DNA of 64,000 bases from Octopus vulgaris (GCA_951406725.2 OX597815.1:207886001-207950000), one strand, 5' to 3'; counted from the stretch's first letter, positions 24,027 to 37,819 are shown. Notes: a model not told the origin generated them from the sequence alone. Made by a program: numbers and translations.

Positions 24027-24144
24027 GATATTTGCCCTCCATGTTTCTGAAAATAACCAGATAGGCACCTTTATTCTTTGCAGAACCCGAGGTGGTTTAT
24101 TAGGCTAGTATTGACATGAAATCTCTGGTTACCATGGGGGAATA

Positions 24145-24500
24145 TTACAGCAGAGTCAGGACTTGGTAGATGTCTTGCATTCCATTAGCCCTCCTCTCTT
24201 TAATTTTTCTGATCATTTCTGATTCTGAGAGATGTACTCCAGAGTACACAGCACTTTGCCACAGTGAGCAATCTTGAGCAAGATGTTCCCAAGTCGACTG
24301 CTCTAAGTTACACTTTACCAAGGTTGTCTTGAGTGTGTCTTTGTATCTCCACTTTGGTTTGCCATGTAACTGAGTACCAACCCCTCGTCCACCACAGGAG
24401 ATCTGTTCGGTGAGTCTGGAGTCATAATACACGTCCACTCCACAACAGCTGAAATTTACTTAGGAAAGCATGCATGTTCGACACATCACCTCTTTCTCTC
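24145..24500 (-). mobile_element. RTE (BovB-like) LINE C-terminal fragment
   Basis: DSRLTEQI...GKPKWRYKDTLKTTL...WEHLAQDCSLWQSAV. Confidence 0.75.
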
Positions 24501-24580
24501 TAGCATGGTAGTTTAAGGTATTTTAATCTTGCCACTACTATGACAATAACTGAGCTTTGCACTTAAACCATATCTATATA

Positions 24581-24958
24581 GGTGTAGGAGTGGCTGTGTG
24601 GTAAGTAGCTTGCTTATGAACTGCATGGTTCTGGGTTCAGTCCCACTGTGCGGCAACTTGGGCAAGTGTCTTCTACTATAGCCTCATGCCAACCATAACC
24701 TTATGAGTGGATTTGGTAGACAGAAACTGAAAGAAGCCCATTGTACATATGTTTATATATATGTGTGTGTGTCTGTGTTTGTTCCCTCAACATTGCTGGT
24801 GTGTTTATGTCCCTGTAACTTCACAGTTCAGCAAACGAGTCCGATAGAATAAGTACTAGGCTTACAAAGAATACGTCCAAGGGTCGATTTGCTCGACTAA
24901 AGGCGGTGCTCAAGCATGGCCACAGTCAAATGACTGAAACCAGTAAAAGAGTAAAAGA
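24581..24958 (+). mobile_element. SINE family B copy
   Basis: Full match to family B. Confidence 0.88.
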
Positions 24959-25044
24959 TTATATTGAAAAAATTATTATTTTAAGAATTTGAAAGTTCAT
25001 TTCTTAAATTAGCTGTTATACCATCCTGTAAATATATTACACTT

Positions 25045-25273
25045 TTACACTTTTACCTGTTTCAGTAATTTTGATTGTGACCATGCTGAAGCACTGCCTT
25101 TTAGTCAAAGAAATCGACTCCTAGACTTATTCTTTGTAAGCCTGGTAGATATTCTAGGGGTTTATTTTGCCAAACTGGTAAGTTACAGTGACGTAAACAC
25201 ACCAAGATTATTTGTCATGTGATGGTGGAGGGACAAGCACAAACACACAAATATATATACACACACACAGATA

Positions 25274-25348
<75 letters not shown>

Positions 25349-25443
25349 TATGACAGGCTTCTTTCAGTTTCTGTCTAGAAATCCACTCACAAGGCTTTTG
25401 TTAGCCTGAGGCAATAGTAGAAGACACTTGCCCAAGGTGCCAC
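25045..25443 (-). mobile_element. SINE family B copy, 5'-truncated
   Basis: Reverse-complement match. Confidence 0.8.
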
Positions 25444-25829
25444 AGGTTTTGCAATTAAAAAAGGTAGGAGAAAAGTTTTCAAATATGATAAAGTGGAAGT
25501 ATATGAAAATAGAAATTATTTTTCATCTTCTGTGAGTTTTGTTTCATTTTGAAAAGGAAAAATTAAAATTTCTGTTATGGTTTGTTATTGTTAATATTTT
25601 GAATTACATGTATATGGGGTCACCAAATTTAAAAAAAGTGGTTAGGGCCTCTATGGATCTTAATCCAGTCGTGCTTTCAAGGTTGATAAAATAAGTACCA
25701 GTCGAGCACTGGGTTTGATGTAAAACTTTCCCCTAAACTTTCTGGCCTGGTGCCAAAATTTGAAAACAATATATGTCCCAAACACTAGATTAATAACAAC
25801 AATGTTATTTTCCTAAATGACTTACTCTC

Positions 25830-26259
25830 TCTCTCTTTTACTCTTTTACTTGTTTCAGTCATTTGACTGCGGCCATGCTGGAGCACCGCCTTTAATCGAG
25901 CAACTCGACCCCGGGACTTATTCTTTTGTAAGCCCAGTACTTATTCTATCGGTCACTTTTGCCGAACCGCTAAGTGACGGGGACGTAAACACACCAGCAT
26001 CGGTTGTCAAGCAATGCTATGGGGACAAACACAGGCACACAAACACACACATGCATATATATACATATATATATATAGACATATATACGACCGGCTTCTT
26101 TCAGTTTCCGTCTACCAAATCCACTCACAAGGCATTGGTTGGCCCGAGGCTATAGTAGAAGACACTTGCCCAAGATGCCACGCAGTGGGACTGAACCCGG
26201 AACCATGTGGTTGGTAAACAAGCTACTTACCACACAGCCACTCCTGCCACTCCTGCGCC
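25830..26259 (-). mobile_element. SINE family B copy inserted in a piggyBac-like MITE remnant
   Basis: Full match; flanks join to give the sequence seen at 15340-15457. Confidence 0.88.
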
Positions 26260-27022
26260 TTCACTATTTTCAAAACAAATTGAAACAAAGTTGTGTATTC
26301 CATCATAAAGATGGTAACGAAAGGGTTAAAACACAATTAAATTGGATTTTCACTGTGGTTAATAGGCTCCAGAACATACAACCAACTAAGAAACAATTTA
26401 GAGGAAAAAATGACATTTATTTTCCGATTTTGACAGTCCACTACTTAATTATTTACAAAATTCAAATTGTCCTGAATGAAAACTCTTAAATAAAATGATA
26501 ATAGGTTATAATTTAAGCATTTTTATTGCTTTATATCTCTGGTTTTGAGTTAAGTCCCTATTATTTATTACCTGTATTTCCCTAAAATAATGCTACAATA
26601 TACTGCATGATATATTCACCTGCGTCACTAAAAGGAAATACATTTCATATGCATAGCAGCATCACAATGTAACTTTAAATTCTTGGCAGCATTGTTATTA
26701 TTTAATAATTGCTCCTATTCTCTCAATAAATACATTATGATAAAAAGAAAAAGCAAAAAAATTGTTATGTAGCTTTCAAAGATAAATGAGACATTTCCAC
26801 CACCACCCTTGATAGGACATTTTATCACTTTTATGTACCAATGTATGTATGCGTGTGTGTGTGTATGTATGTAGTCATACATACATACATACATACATAC
26901 ATACATACATGCATATGCATCTACACAATGCATACCTACATATACAAATTCACATAATGTAATAGAGACAACTGTAGAGTCATCTGTATAACAAGTACCA
27001 ATAGTTATCACAGTATATATAT

Positions 27023-27024
<2 letters not shown>

Positions 27025-27061
<37 letters not shown>

Positions 27062-27204
27062 GTTTAACATGTTTTCCATGCTGGCATGGGTTGGACGGTT
27101 CAACTGGGGTCTGGGAAGCCAGAAGGCTGCATCAGGCCCAGTCTGATCTGGCAGTGTTTCTACGGCTGGATGCCCTTCCTAACGCCAACCACTCCGTGAG
27201 TGTA
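27025..27204 (-). mobile_element. RTE LINE extreme 3' end with (GAT)n tail
   Basis: Reverse complement of 8132-8292. Confidence 0.88.
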
Positions 27205-27246
<42 letters not shown>

Positions 27247-27413
27247 GTTATTATTATTATTCATTTTGTTCAACGTGTACGAGTACGTATGTGTTCAATA
27301 TTGTTTTATTCAATTTTAGAAAAACTGAAACATGTCATGGACAATTCTAGAACATATTGAATTTTGTGCATGACTTTTGGCTCATCCTGTATGTATGTAT
27401 ATGTATGTATGTA

Positions 27414-27460
<47 letters not shown>

Positions 27461-27890
27461 ATATGTATGTATTTTGGCCTGCTGACTTAGTCAGTAGGGT
27501 GGCCTCATTAGAAAGCTAAAATGATGCAAAGTGCATTGTGACTAGCGATGTATAACAGCATTCAACAGTCTGCTCAATCACATGATGATGTGATATATAT
27601 ATATATGTGTATGGGACACTGCCTTTGTGTGTGTGTGCATGTATGTGTGTGTGGTGGGAGGAAGAAGGAGCACACGGTTTAGGTGTATATATGCAAGGTT
27701 TTTTGGGGAACAAGAATGAAAATGTGTTTGCATGATTAAGTACGCACGTGCGTGCATGTGTGTGTGCATGTATTGGTGGGTGTGGGTGTGTTAGTCCATA
27801 TTGATTGTCATGGGGTGGTTTATGTGAGTGTGTAGGTGTTAATGTGTATGTATATATATATATATATTTATATATGTATGTATGTATATA

Positions 27891-27957
<67 letters not shown>

Positions 27958-27972
27958 ATATATATGTATATG

Positions 27973-28012
<40 letters not shown>

Positions 28013-28829
28013 TAAAATGTTGCTACAGTTTTTCCCATTATCAAAGAAGTAGTAACATCCATTTTTATTATGCATCCAGAGATTGGACAAACTGCCATAT
28101 AGCATATCACTGCTGGATCTGGCATTGTACATTAGCTTTTGTGTGACCCAGCTACTCAAGATCCAATCTAGTCGCTCTTTTTTATATCATCTTCTTCTAT
28201 GAGTCCTCTCCAAAGGCATCAAATGGTACTTTTGTCCCTCAGGCACCTCTGTCTATTTCCATATGAATGCAATCATCCTTCTACAATGCATTGACTGATG
28301 TCTTTAATGTCCTAATGTTCAGCTAGTCCAAATGTTCATGTGCCGATTAATATTACCCATTCAATGTATTATTCTCTTTTCACCTCTTTCTAGCTTCCAC
28401 AGAAATTTTGAATTCAGCATCCCCATCTCTTTTTGAAATTGTATCAAGCTTCTTGCCCAAACTCCATCCATTATATCTTTCATGGGAACAGAAATCCTTC
28501 ATTACAATATCAATAAGTTCATATATCTAATTCAAAGGAATTCGATCTTAGAACACACAGAACTAGGGCCAGTGCCAGGGTATTTAGTACTCTAGGCCAG
28601 TCCTACAATGTGAACCCTTTTTCCTAGCTCTATACAAGTCATCACCTACCAGCTCTATAATATGCCCCTTTTCTCCCAACCATACAACAACCTCCCTATT
28701 TCATCCAGCTCCCCATTTTAAGGCCCCTTCAATATTTTTTTCCACAAATTCCTCCAGTCATCAACCATTTTACACCAGCTAAAAATGCAGTGGAAAAAAA
28801 TTATAATTAAACTGTGAGCAATAATTCTA

Positions 28830-29028
28830 GTTTTGCACAAGGAAAACGCAAACTGCACAAGTCCAGAGCCAACTCCTTGCCTCCAGTCTCAACAGACCAC
28901 CAATGCCCAACCTGCAACAGAGTCTTCCCAACATGCATCAGACTGATCAGCCACAGCTGGACACACTGTACCCCATATTCTTCCCCTAGGTTCTTCTCCT
29001 TGGTCATCACCGACCACAATGGACAAAC
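28830..29028 (+). mobile_element. RTE (BovB-like) 3' fragment with C2H2 finger
   Basis: HQCPTCNRVFPTCIRLISHSWTH, then ggtcatcaccgaccacaatggacaaac; paralog at 56900-57076. Confidence 0.7.
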
Positions 29029-29039
29029 TAATGTAGCAT

Positions 29040-29435
29040 CTCTTTATTTCTCTTTAGCACTCCATTGGTTACGACGACGAGGGTTCCGGTTGATCAGAAT
29101 CAACGGAACAGCCTGCTCGTGAAATTAACGCATAAGTGGCTGAGCACTCCACAGACACATGTACCCTTAACGTAGTTCTCGGGGATATTCAGCGTGACAC
29201 AGAGAGTGACAAGGCCGGCCCCTTGAAATACAGGTACAACAGAAACAGGAAGTAAGAGTGAGAGAAAGTTGTGGTGAAAGAGTACAGCAGGGATCACCAC
29301 CATCCCCTGCCGGAGCCTCGTGGAGCTTTTAGGTGTTTTCGCTCAATAAACACTCACAACGCCCAGTCTGGGAATCGAAACCGCGATCCTATGACCGCGA
29401 GTCCGCTGCCCTAACCACTGGGCCATTGTGCCTCC
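29040..29435 (-). mobile_element. tRNA-derived SINE family C
   Basis: A and B boxes on minus strand; TSD taatgtagcat (29029-29039, 29436-29446). Confidence 0.92.
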
Positions 29436-29735
29436 TAATGTAGCATACTATTATTATGATCGTGTAACAAGTCATAAGACCACCTGACCCCTAATGTATC
29501 ACACTTCATCCCAACCCTATCCTCCATCCTTCTCCGGTTCGAGAGAAGCCTCTCCTGTCTCCTCGTTGTTGAGTGATTTCCTGTCTTTAGATGGATTGAG
29601 AAATTTTAGGCTGTTCAGAATTTATGCAATCTCATCATATATCAGTGCATTAGGTAACTACGTAATACTGGCTTTGCATAGAGCTGGAATAAATACTGAC
29701 ACCGTAGCAACTGAGCTTGTGGTGCACCTGAGCAC

Positions 29736-30138
29736 TCTCTCTCTTTACTCTTTTACTTGTTTCAGTCATTTGACTGCAGCCATGCTGGAGCACCGCCTTT
29801 AGTTGAGCAAATCGACCCCGGGACTTATTTTTTGTAAGCCCATTACTTATTCTATCGGTCTCTTTTGCCGAACCACTAAGTGGCGGGGATGTAAATACAC
29901 AAGCATTGGTTGTCAAGCAATGCTAGGGGGACAAACACAGACACACATACATATATATATATATATACATATATACGACAGGCTTCTTTCAGTTTCCGTC
30001 TACCAAATCCACTCACAAGGCATTGGTCAGCCTGGGGCTATAGCAGAAAACACTTGCCCAAGATGCCACGCAGTGGGACTGAACCCGGAACCATGTGGTT
30101 GGTTAGCAAGCTACTTACCACACAGCCACTCCTACGCC
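29736..30138 (-). mobile_element. SINE family B copy
   Basis: Full reverse-complement match. Confidence 0.9.
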
Positions 30139-30403
30139 TATATACAATAATTTCATTATTATTTTATATGGATACGCTGCCTTATTAAAAAGTCATTTAG
30201 CAGCTAAAGGTATCTCTTTTCTTTCCAACTGTATAATACATTTGTCTCCTTGAACTCTGCTCAATCGACATTCTTCCTCTACTTACTCCAGATGGTATTC
30301 CTGAAGTCAATGCATTTTTACTGTAAACATATGGCTAATCTCTCTGAAAACTATACTCACTAGTCAATGTGTCCTATTTATAAGATAATAAATTGAGTGT
30401 GAT

Positions 30404-31045
30404 TTGTGAGATATTTGGCTGCTATTTCTAGCAACTCATGTAACTATGCAGACACAGGATTTTATATGCCACATCCAACTCTATACAATGCTATGCAGAC
30501 AGAAATATCTCCTTTCCCATACTTTAAGACCAGTGCTTGTTCATTGCTAACATCAGCTGAGCTTAATTCCATCAATTGATCCTTAAATTACCTACCAACA
30601 CCAGATTGTCTTACAGTTATGCCTGCTGTATTGAGTGACCATGTTTACTGAAGATCACCTGCTAGGAGTGTCTGAGTTTTCTCAGATGAGAAGAGAATAT
30701 TATATGCAGAATGTAGAAAATAGTATGAAGTTGTTTTAAGAAAGATGTGTGCATATACTGCAATTTTCTGCAAAGGAACACATCATCACAAGGAAGATAT
30801 ATTTAAAATTCCCAGGAATGGTTACTTGTGTTTTTACTATACACTAGCTGTTAACACCTCTACATGAGGTGTTATATTTGTTCAATTGGTGTCACTCATT
30901 TACATCAATTGAGAGATATTTGGCTGCTATTTCTAGCAACTCATGTAACTATGCAGACGCAGGATTTTATATGCCACATCCAACTCTATACAATGCTATG
31001 CAGACAGAAATATATTTGGTCAATTGGTGTCACTCATTTACATCA
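30404..31045 (+). repeat. Local duplication: about 100-bp segment (30408-30508) repeated at 30913-31013 between 35-bp direct repeats
   Basis: Direct reading; flanking repeats at 30873-30907 and 31011-31045. Confidence 0.9.
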
Positions 31046-31117
31046 GTTTTCCAGTCTTAGAGAACAGCTTTCAGATATACTAAACATTGTCTCATTTTCA
31101 TAAATTTCATTAATTTA

Positions 31118-31278
31118 GGCGCAGGAGTGGCTGTGTGGTAAGTAGCTTGCTAACCAACCACATGGTTCTGGGTTCAGTCCCACTGCGTGGCATCTTGGGC
31201 AAGTGTCTTCTGCTATAGCCCCGGGCCGACCAATGCCTTGTGAGTGGATTTGGTAGACGGAAACTGAAAGAAGCCTGT

Positions 31279-31319
<41 letters not shown>

Positions 31320-31520
31320 TTCTGTGTCTGTGTTTGTCCCCCTAGCATTGCTTGACAACTGATGCTGGTGTGTTTACGTTCCCGTCACTTAGCGGTTCGG
31401 CAAAAGAGACCGATAGAATAAGTACTGGGCTTACAAAGAATAAGTCCTGGGGTCGATTTGCTTGACTAAAGGCGGTGCTCCAGCATGGCCGCAGTCAAAT
31501 GACTGAAACAAGTAAAAGAA
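31118..31520 (+). mobile_element. SINE family B copy
   Basis: Full match. Confidence 0.92.
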
Positions 31521-32714
31521 TAAAAAAAATTGTTTTTGTCTCCTTTTTTGCTCTTTGCCAGTATTTATTCTCACTTGAGATATTTTTCTACAAATCTTTG
31601 TCTCTTTTTATTTCTTCTTAGTCTTCTAAATCAAAATTAATATTTATTTTTATATACCTGTCACTCTAATCATTAATCCTTATGTAACTGTTTAAAAAAT
31701 AATTATGAATCACCAAGAGATTTCTTTAGTTGTCAAAGAAGCGGATTTCATGATGTATTGATTTCAAGTTAAAAATTATAGCATCTCTTTCATGAAGTTC
31801 TTAACGACTAGAAATCTAATGACAGTAAATTAAATACTAAGAAAAAATTATTTCAAGCATTATATTACAACTGTTTCTAATTACTTCTTGTGTTAAAATT
31901 AAATCTTTTGTCTACCAGACATTTTTATTAAACTAGTCATGTGATTTTTATTTAACATGGGAAAGCATAGCATCAGAGCTGGATCAAATCAACTGATGCC
32001 CAAAGGGCAGTCTTACAATGTTTTCCCCTTTACTGTTCCATTGTCTTGACAGGATATTATGATATACACTGAATATGATATATAGATTGAACATTTAGAT
32101 TTTAGTTTTCTTTCAGGGTATCTCCAACAGCTATATTAAATATAATCTGTTTCTTTTTAATTATATTTATTTAATACTGAATAGCAGTAAGCAATATTAA
32201 TGAATTATTTGCATATAACAAGGGAAACAGGAAAATTGTGCAAATTTTCAAAACACGATTTTAGTTTTAGAAAATTATTATAAGGGAAAAATATAAAAGC
32301 AAAAAGTAAGTGAAAATAATTCTTTCAACAAAAATTGAAACTGGAGATAAATTTTAGAAATATCATTAGAACGAAACAAAACAAAACATCATTTATTCCA
32401 CTCGTTTCTAATCTTAAAGATGTATACCATTTCAAGGCATTTGCATCAATAATCTTGCAGGGGAAGAAATAACTCTGGTGTTTGGTACCCCTTTCCATTG
32501 GTGCTCCCATGCATATGCCTATTTAGCTCCATGGTTAATCAATGGTGTATGAAATACAACTTAAAAACGGACAGGTACCATCAATCAATCGTAAGTATGA
32601 CAAAGTAATATTGTAAATGGTATCTCAAACGAAATTTATTTGGCACTCGGCTTTGTCATCATTGATGTGAATTTACATAAGTTAACAAAACATACTTATA
32701 TACTTGCCTCCGTG

Positions 32715-32723
32715 GTATGTATG

Positions 32724-32757
<34 letters not shown>

Positions 32758-33538
32758 TGTATGTATGTATGTATGTATGTATGCGTGCATGCGTGCATGT
32801 ATGTATGTATGTATGTATGTGTGCATGTATGTATGTATGTGTGTATGTATGAATGTATGTATGTATGTATGTGTGTATGCATGCATGTGTGTGTATGTAT
32901 GTATGTATGTATACACGAATGTATGTATGTATGTGTGTGTGTATATATGTATGTATGCATGTATGTGTGTGTGTATGTATGTATGTATGTGTCTGTGTGT
33001 ATGTATGTATGTACGTATGTATGTATGTATGTATGTACGTACGTTTGTATGTATGTAAGTATGCATGTATGTGTGCATGTGTGCATGCATGTATGTATGT
33101 ACTTATGCACGTATGTATGTATGTATGTATGCATGTATGTGTGCGTGTATGTATGTATGTGTCTGTGTGTATGTATGTATGTACTTACATATGTATGTTT
33201 GTACGTATGTACGTACGTTTGTATGTATGTAAGTATGCATGTATGTGTGCATGTGTGCATGCATGTATGTATGTATGTACGTATGCACGTATGTATGTAT
33301 GTATGTATGCATGTATGTGTGTGTGTATGTATGTATGTATGTGTGTGTATGTATGTATGTATGTTCATACGTATGTATGTATGTATGTATGTATGTATGT
33401 ATGTACATACGTATGTATGTATGTACATACGTATGTATGCATGTATGTATGTATGTATGCGTGCGTGCATGCATGTATGTACATATGCACATATGCACGT
33501 ATGTATGTATGTATGTGTGTGTGTGTGCTTGAGTGTGT
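32715..33538. repeat. About 820-bp compound (ATGT)n microsatellite
   Basis: Direct reading; source of the long CMYV and HTYI ORFs. Confidence 0.95.
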
Positions 33539-34617
33539 AATTATTATTCTTAATAAAGTGTACCACATGATTGATGACATTTTTGAGCAAGTGATTTTGT
33601 TTCTAAACATTCATAAATACAATGGTATAGAATCTTCTAAAATGGAACATCACTGAAGCAGCTTCGGAAAGGCCATTTTCCTCTGATATCTCAAAGATGG
33701 AAGTTAATTTACTCTATAAATGACCTATCTTCCTTCAGCCATACTAAATCATACTTGCTAATATATTTCAAAAACCAGTAAACTCTACCTCCACCTGACC
33801 CCCTATCCCCACCCTCACCCCAGGCAAGACACTTTAGGATGGGAGAAAAGTGACATTACCAAGATCTTTAAAGGGTAAAGTTCTCTGCATAATAACAAGA
33901 AAACAAGACAACAAAGGAAACAAATAAGGGCAAAAAGAAGAAAATAAAAATACTGAGGTATCTTACACCACATCACTTCACCTCTCTCTCTCTTTCTCTA
34001 TCCACATACACACACTCTCTCTTTCCCTATCCACACACACACACACACACACATATTCCCCCTTCTCTTCTCTCTCTCTCTCTCTCTTTCTCTCCTTTTC
34101 TCTAGCTCTAGATGTGAAAAACTTGCTTTTTGTTTCACTTTAGCTTGAGTAGATATTATTCTACAATATTCAAATGTCAAGAAATGAAACAATAGATTGA
34201 CTTTCTATTTGTTTATTAGGTTAAACATTATTGACATTCTATCTGTCGATATTTGTAGTGAGGCAGGCTGTATAGTTATGACTTTTTCAATACAATTTTC
34301 TACTAAGGACAGAAGGATGTAATAATGGTTGAGCCTAGGTTAATGACAGCTCTCGCATTATTTCTTAAATTTCAACAATGATATCAAAGTTTAAACGATA
34401 CTTTTTAGTCTAGTTTTAATTTTCCATTAAAATTCCTTTCAGAGGAATATAGGAAATTACTCTTGTGTTTTACTTTATTTTATTGACCCCCTAGAAAGAT
34501 TAAAGGCAAAGTTGACCCCTGGCAGGATTTGAAATCACAATGTAAAGATGTAAAGAGCTATAACTAAATACTGTAAGCATTTTGTCCAATGCTTTAACAA
34601 TTTTACCTATCAACCAC

Positions 34618-34814
34618 TTGACTGTGGCCATGCTGGAGCACCGCCTTTAGTCGAGAAAATTGACCCCAGGGCTTATTCTTTGTAAGCCTAGTACTTATTC
34701 TATCGGTCGCTTTTGCCAAACCACTAAGTGACAGGGATATATACACACCACCATCGGTTGTCAAGCGATGTTGTGGGGACAAACACAAATACATAAACAC
34801 ACACACACACACAC

Positions 34815-34871
<57 letters not shown>

Positions 34872-35250
34872 GAGGTGCAATGGCCCAGTGGTTAGGGCAG
34901 CGGACTCGTGGTCATAGGATCGCGGTTTCGCTTCTCAGACCGGGCGTTGTGAGTGTTTATTGAGCGAAAACACCTAAAGCTCCACGAGGCTCCGGCAGGA
35001 GTTGGTGGTGATCCCTGCTGTACTCTTTCACCACAACTTTCTCTCACTCTTACTTCCTGTTTCTGTTGTACCTGTATTTCAAGGGGCCGGCCTTGTCACT
35101 CTCTGTGTCACGCTGAATATCCCCGAGAACTACATTAAGGGTACACGTGTCTGTGGAGTGCTCAGCCACTTACACATTAATTTCACGAGCAGGCTGTTCT
35201 GTTGATTCGGATCAACCGGAACCCTCATCGTCGTAACTGACGGAGTGCTT

Positions 35251-35307
<57 letters not shown>

Positions 35308-35466
35308 TACGACGGGCTTTTTGCACTTTCTGCCTACCAAATCCACTCACAAGGCTTTGGTCGAAGCTACAGTAGAAGACACTTGCCCAAGGTGCCACGC
35401 AATGGGACTGAACCCAGAACCATGTGGTTGGTAAGGAAGCTACTTACCACACAGCCATGACTGCGC
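34618..35466 (-). mobile_element. SINE family B copy split by a family C SINE
   Basis: Tail at 34618-34800, head at 35310-35466, insertion in the internal (TA)n. Confidence 0.85.
34871..35252 (+). mobile_element. tRNA-derived SINE family C
   Basis: Near-identical to the reverse complement of 29040-29435. Confidence 0.92.
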
Positions 35467-36044
35467 TAACCAAATTTCTTTTGCTTGAATGGCATTGTTT
35501 TTATTAACATGGTGATATTGTTGTTGTCAGGAGCAGCATGCTGATAAAAATAGCAGAATGCTAGACACTCCTACTGGTTTTAACCATTCAATAGAGGCCA
35601 GGGTGATGATGGTTGGGGTGGTTGGGGTGTATCATGAATTGTCAATTGAATAAAGAATGCTTTACAAAATTTACTTTTATTTTCTTATGTCTCTGTCAGC
35701 CATATTTCATAGCCAAGTTTGCCTTTCAAAATCTCTGTAATGGTTGTATGTTGAAGCAGGAAGCTAATGCTGTAATCAATGTTGCATTATAAGTGCTATT
35801 GTACTACTGTTGTTTTTTGGTATAACGGTGTAGTCATTAAAGTATGGGAATGTGAAAGAAGGTTCTTTGTCAATCTTCCTTTCAAAAGTTGAGGAAGTCA
35901 GAAAAAAGTAAAAAAAAAGAAATTTTAAATCACATTATTTTATACAAGAACAACAGATTGTCTTTGTACAAACCAAATTCATGTTGCTCTTAGGGATATA
36001 TGACAATAATAGTGTTGGAATTAAAATTTATTTTGGAAAACATA

Positions 36045-36270
36045 AGACGGATTCTTGAAGCTGAGCCAACCAGCAGGAGCCCTGGGGGTAGACTAAGAAT
36101 GAAATGGTTGGATAGTATCCATACTCTCAGTGGGTCATTCATGGAAATCAGCTGGAAAGTCTAGTGATGGTTGTCTGATAGTACCCCATGGAGGAATTTC
36201 CCGAGTACTCTACCCTAACATCTTGCCAAGAAAAAGTGGGCAGAGAAAAGAGATGAATGAATGAATGAAT
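36045..36270 (+). mobile_element. RTE-type LINE 3' fragment with (GAAT)n tail
   Basis: RILEAEPTSRSPGGRLRMKWLDSI resembles the RTE C-terminal GxRxxGRPxxxW motif. Confidence 0.55.
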
Positions 36271-36335
36271 CAGTCTTAATTCTGATTGTTATAATAAATG
36301 TGTACAGCATATATGTTTGTAAGTGTAAAGTTATA

Positions 36336-36506
36336 GGCGCAGGAGTGGCTGTGTGGTAAGTAGCTTGCTAACCAACCACATGGTTCCGGGTTCAGTCCCA
36401 CTGCGTAGCATCTTGGGCAAGTGTCTTCTGCTAGAGCCCCAGGCCGACCAATGCCTTGTGAGTGGATTTGGTAGACGGAAACTGAAAGAAGCCTGTCGTA
36501 TATATG

Positions 36507-36574
<68 letters not shown>

Positions 36575-36785
36575 TGTGTTTGTGTGTCTGTCCCACTAGC
36601 ATTGCTTGACAACTGATGCTGGTGTGTTTACGTCCCCGTCACTTAGCGGTTCGGCAAAAGAGACCGATAGAATAAGTACTAGGCTTACAAAGAATAAGTC
36701 CCGGGGTCGATTTGCTCGACTAAAGGCGGTGCTCCAGCATGGCTGCAGTCAAATGACTGAAACAAGTAAAAGAGAGTAAAGAGAG
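36336..36785 (+). mobile_element. SINE family B copy
   Basis: Full match; agttata on both flanks. Confidence 0.92.
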
Positions 36786-37232
36786 TTATAATATGAAGCT
36801 TAATTATTCTTTTGGATGATCAAGTAAGCATTATTGATTAATTAACAGTCATGTTCTGATCATTCTAACGGCGGCATATATTGTTTTAGAGATAAAAACA
36901 TGGAGCATACGAAGCTAAATTTGACACTAATAAAAATATGGCTGTAGGAAGATTTGTTTACTTTACAATCAAATTAATTATTTATTCATTTAAAATATAT
37001 TTTCATTCAAATACGCTTTTACTAATTTAAGGTTTAGCACCACATCTCTCAGTTCTTTACTCCTGAATAAAAATATGCTACGACCAAGATGATCAAGCTT
37101 TATACATAATAAAACAATTAAAGTTTATGACTGACAAATGACTAACTATTTGGTAACTTACAACTCTAGGCTTATAATAGTTTAAAAATCTTGCAATCCA
37201 CGTTGAAAATAGACATCAGTAATAAATTGTTT

Positions 37233-37475
37233 GTGGTTAGGGTATCAGCATCATGATCGTAAGATTGTGGTTTCGATTCCTGGACCGGGCAACGCGTTGT
37301 GTTCTTGAGCAAAACACTTCATTTCATGTTGCTCCAGTCCACTCAGCTGGCAAAAATGAGTAACGCTGCGATGGATTGGCGTCCTGTCCAGCTGGGGAAC
37401 ACATACGCCATAGAAACCGGGAAACCAGGCCCATGAGCCTGGCTAGGTTTTAAAAGGGTGCATTTATTTATTATT
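37233..37475 (+). mobile_element. tRNA-derived SINE family D (CORE-like and V-domain-like segments)
   Basis: gtggttagg A box, gtttcgattcc B box, gtgttcttgagcaaaacactt, ctgcgatggattggcgtcctgtccag; TSD taataaa(t/a)tgttt. Confidence 0.75.
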
Positions 37476-37819
37476 TAATAAAATGTTTACAAGTGTCTAA
37501 CAGAAAGTTATATTCAGTACATTTAGCAGGTTATCTGATGTCTGGAATATTTAGGGATGACTGAAGCTGTATAACAATAACACAGCTAATGCAAACAAGT
37601 TACATCATAGTAAAGGATTGATAGATTTATGTTAGAAATAGAACAGAATTAAATGGGTGTTGAACCATGAATGTTGAACACCTATGAGGAAAGTTCTAAA
37701 GATTTTGGAGTAATAAAAGAGATTGTTGATTACGATGGTAATTGGATTATTAACCACAAAATTCTCAACCAATTTTGCTTCAATAAGTGTTTTAGATAAA
37801 AGTGACTGAAACCTAAAAG

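Noticed and set aside
32640-33656. ORFs up to 302 aa (HTYI and CMYV repeats), and similar YI-rich ORFs elsewhere
   Set aside because: Translations of stop-free microsatellites
34871-34945. tRNA gene-like sequence (also 18188, 29435 and 37233)
   Set aside because: tRNA-derived SINE heads continuous with SINE bodies; no proper acceptor stem
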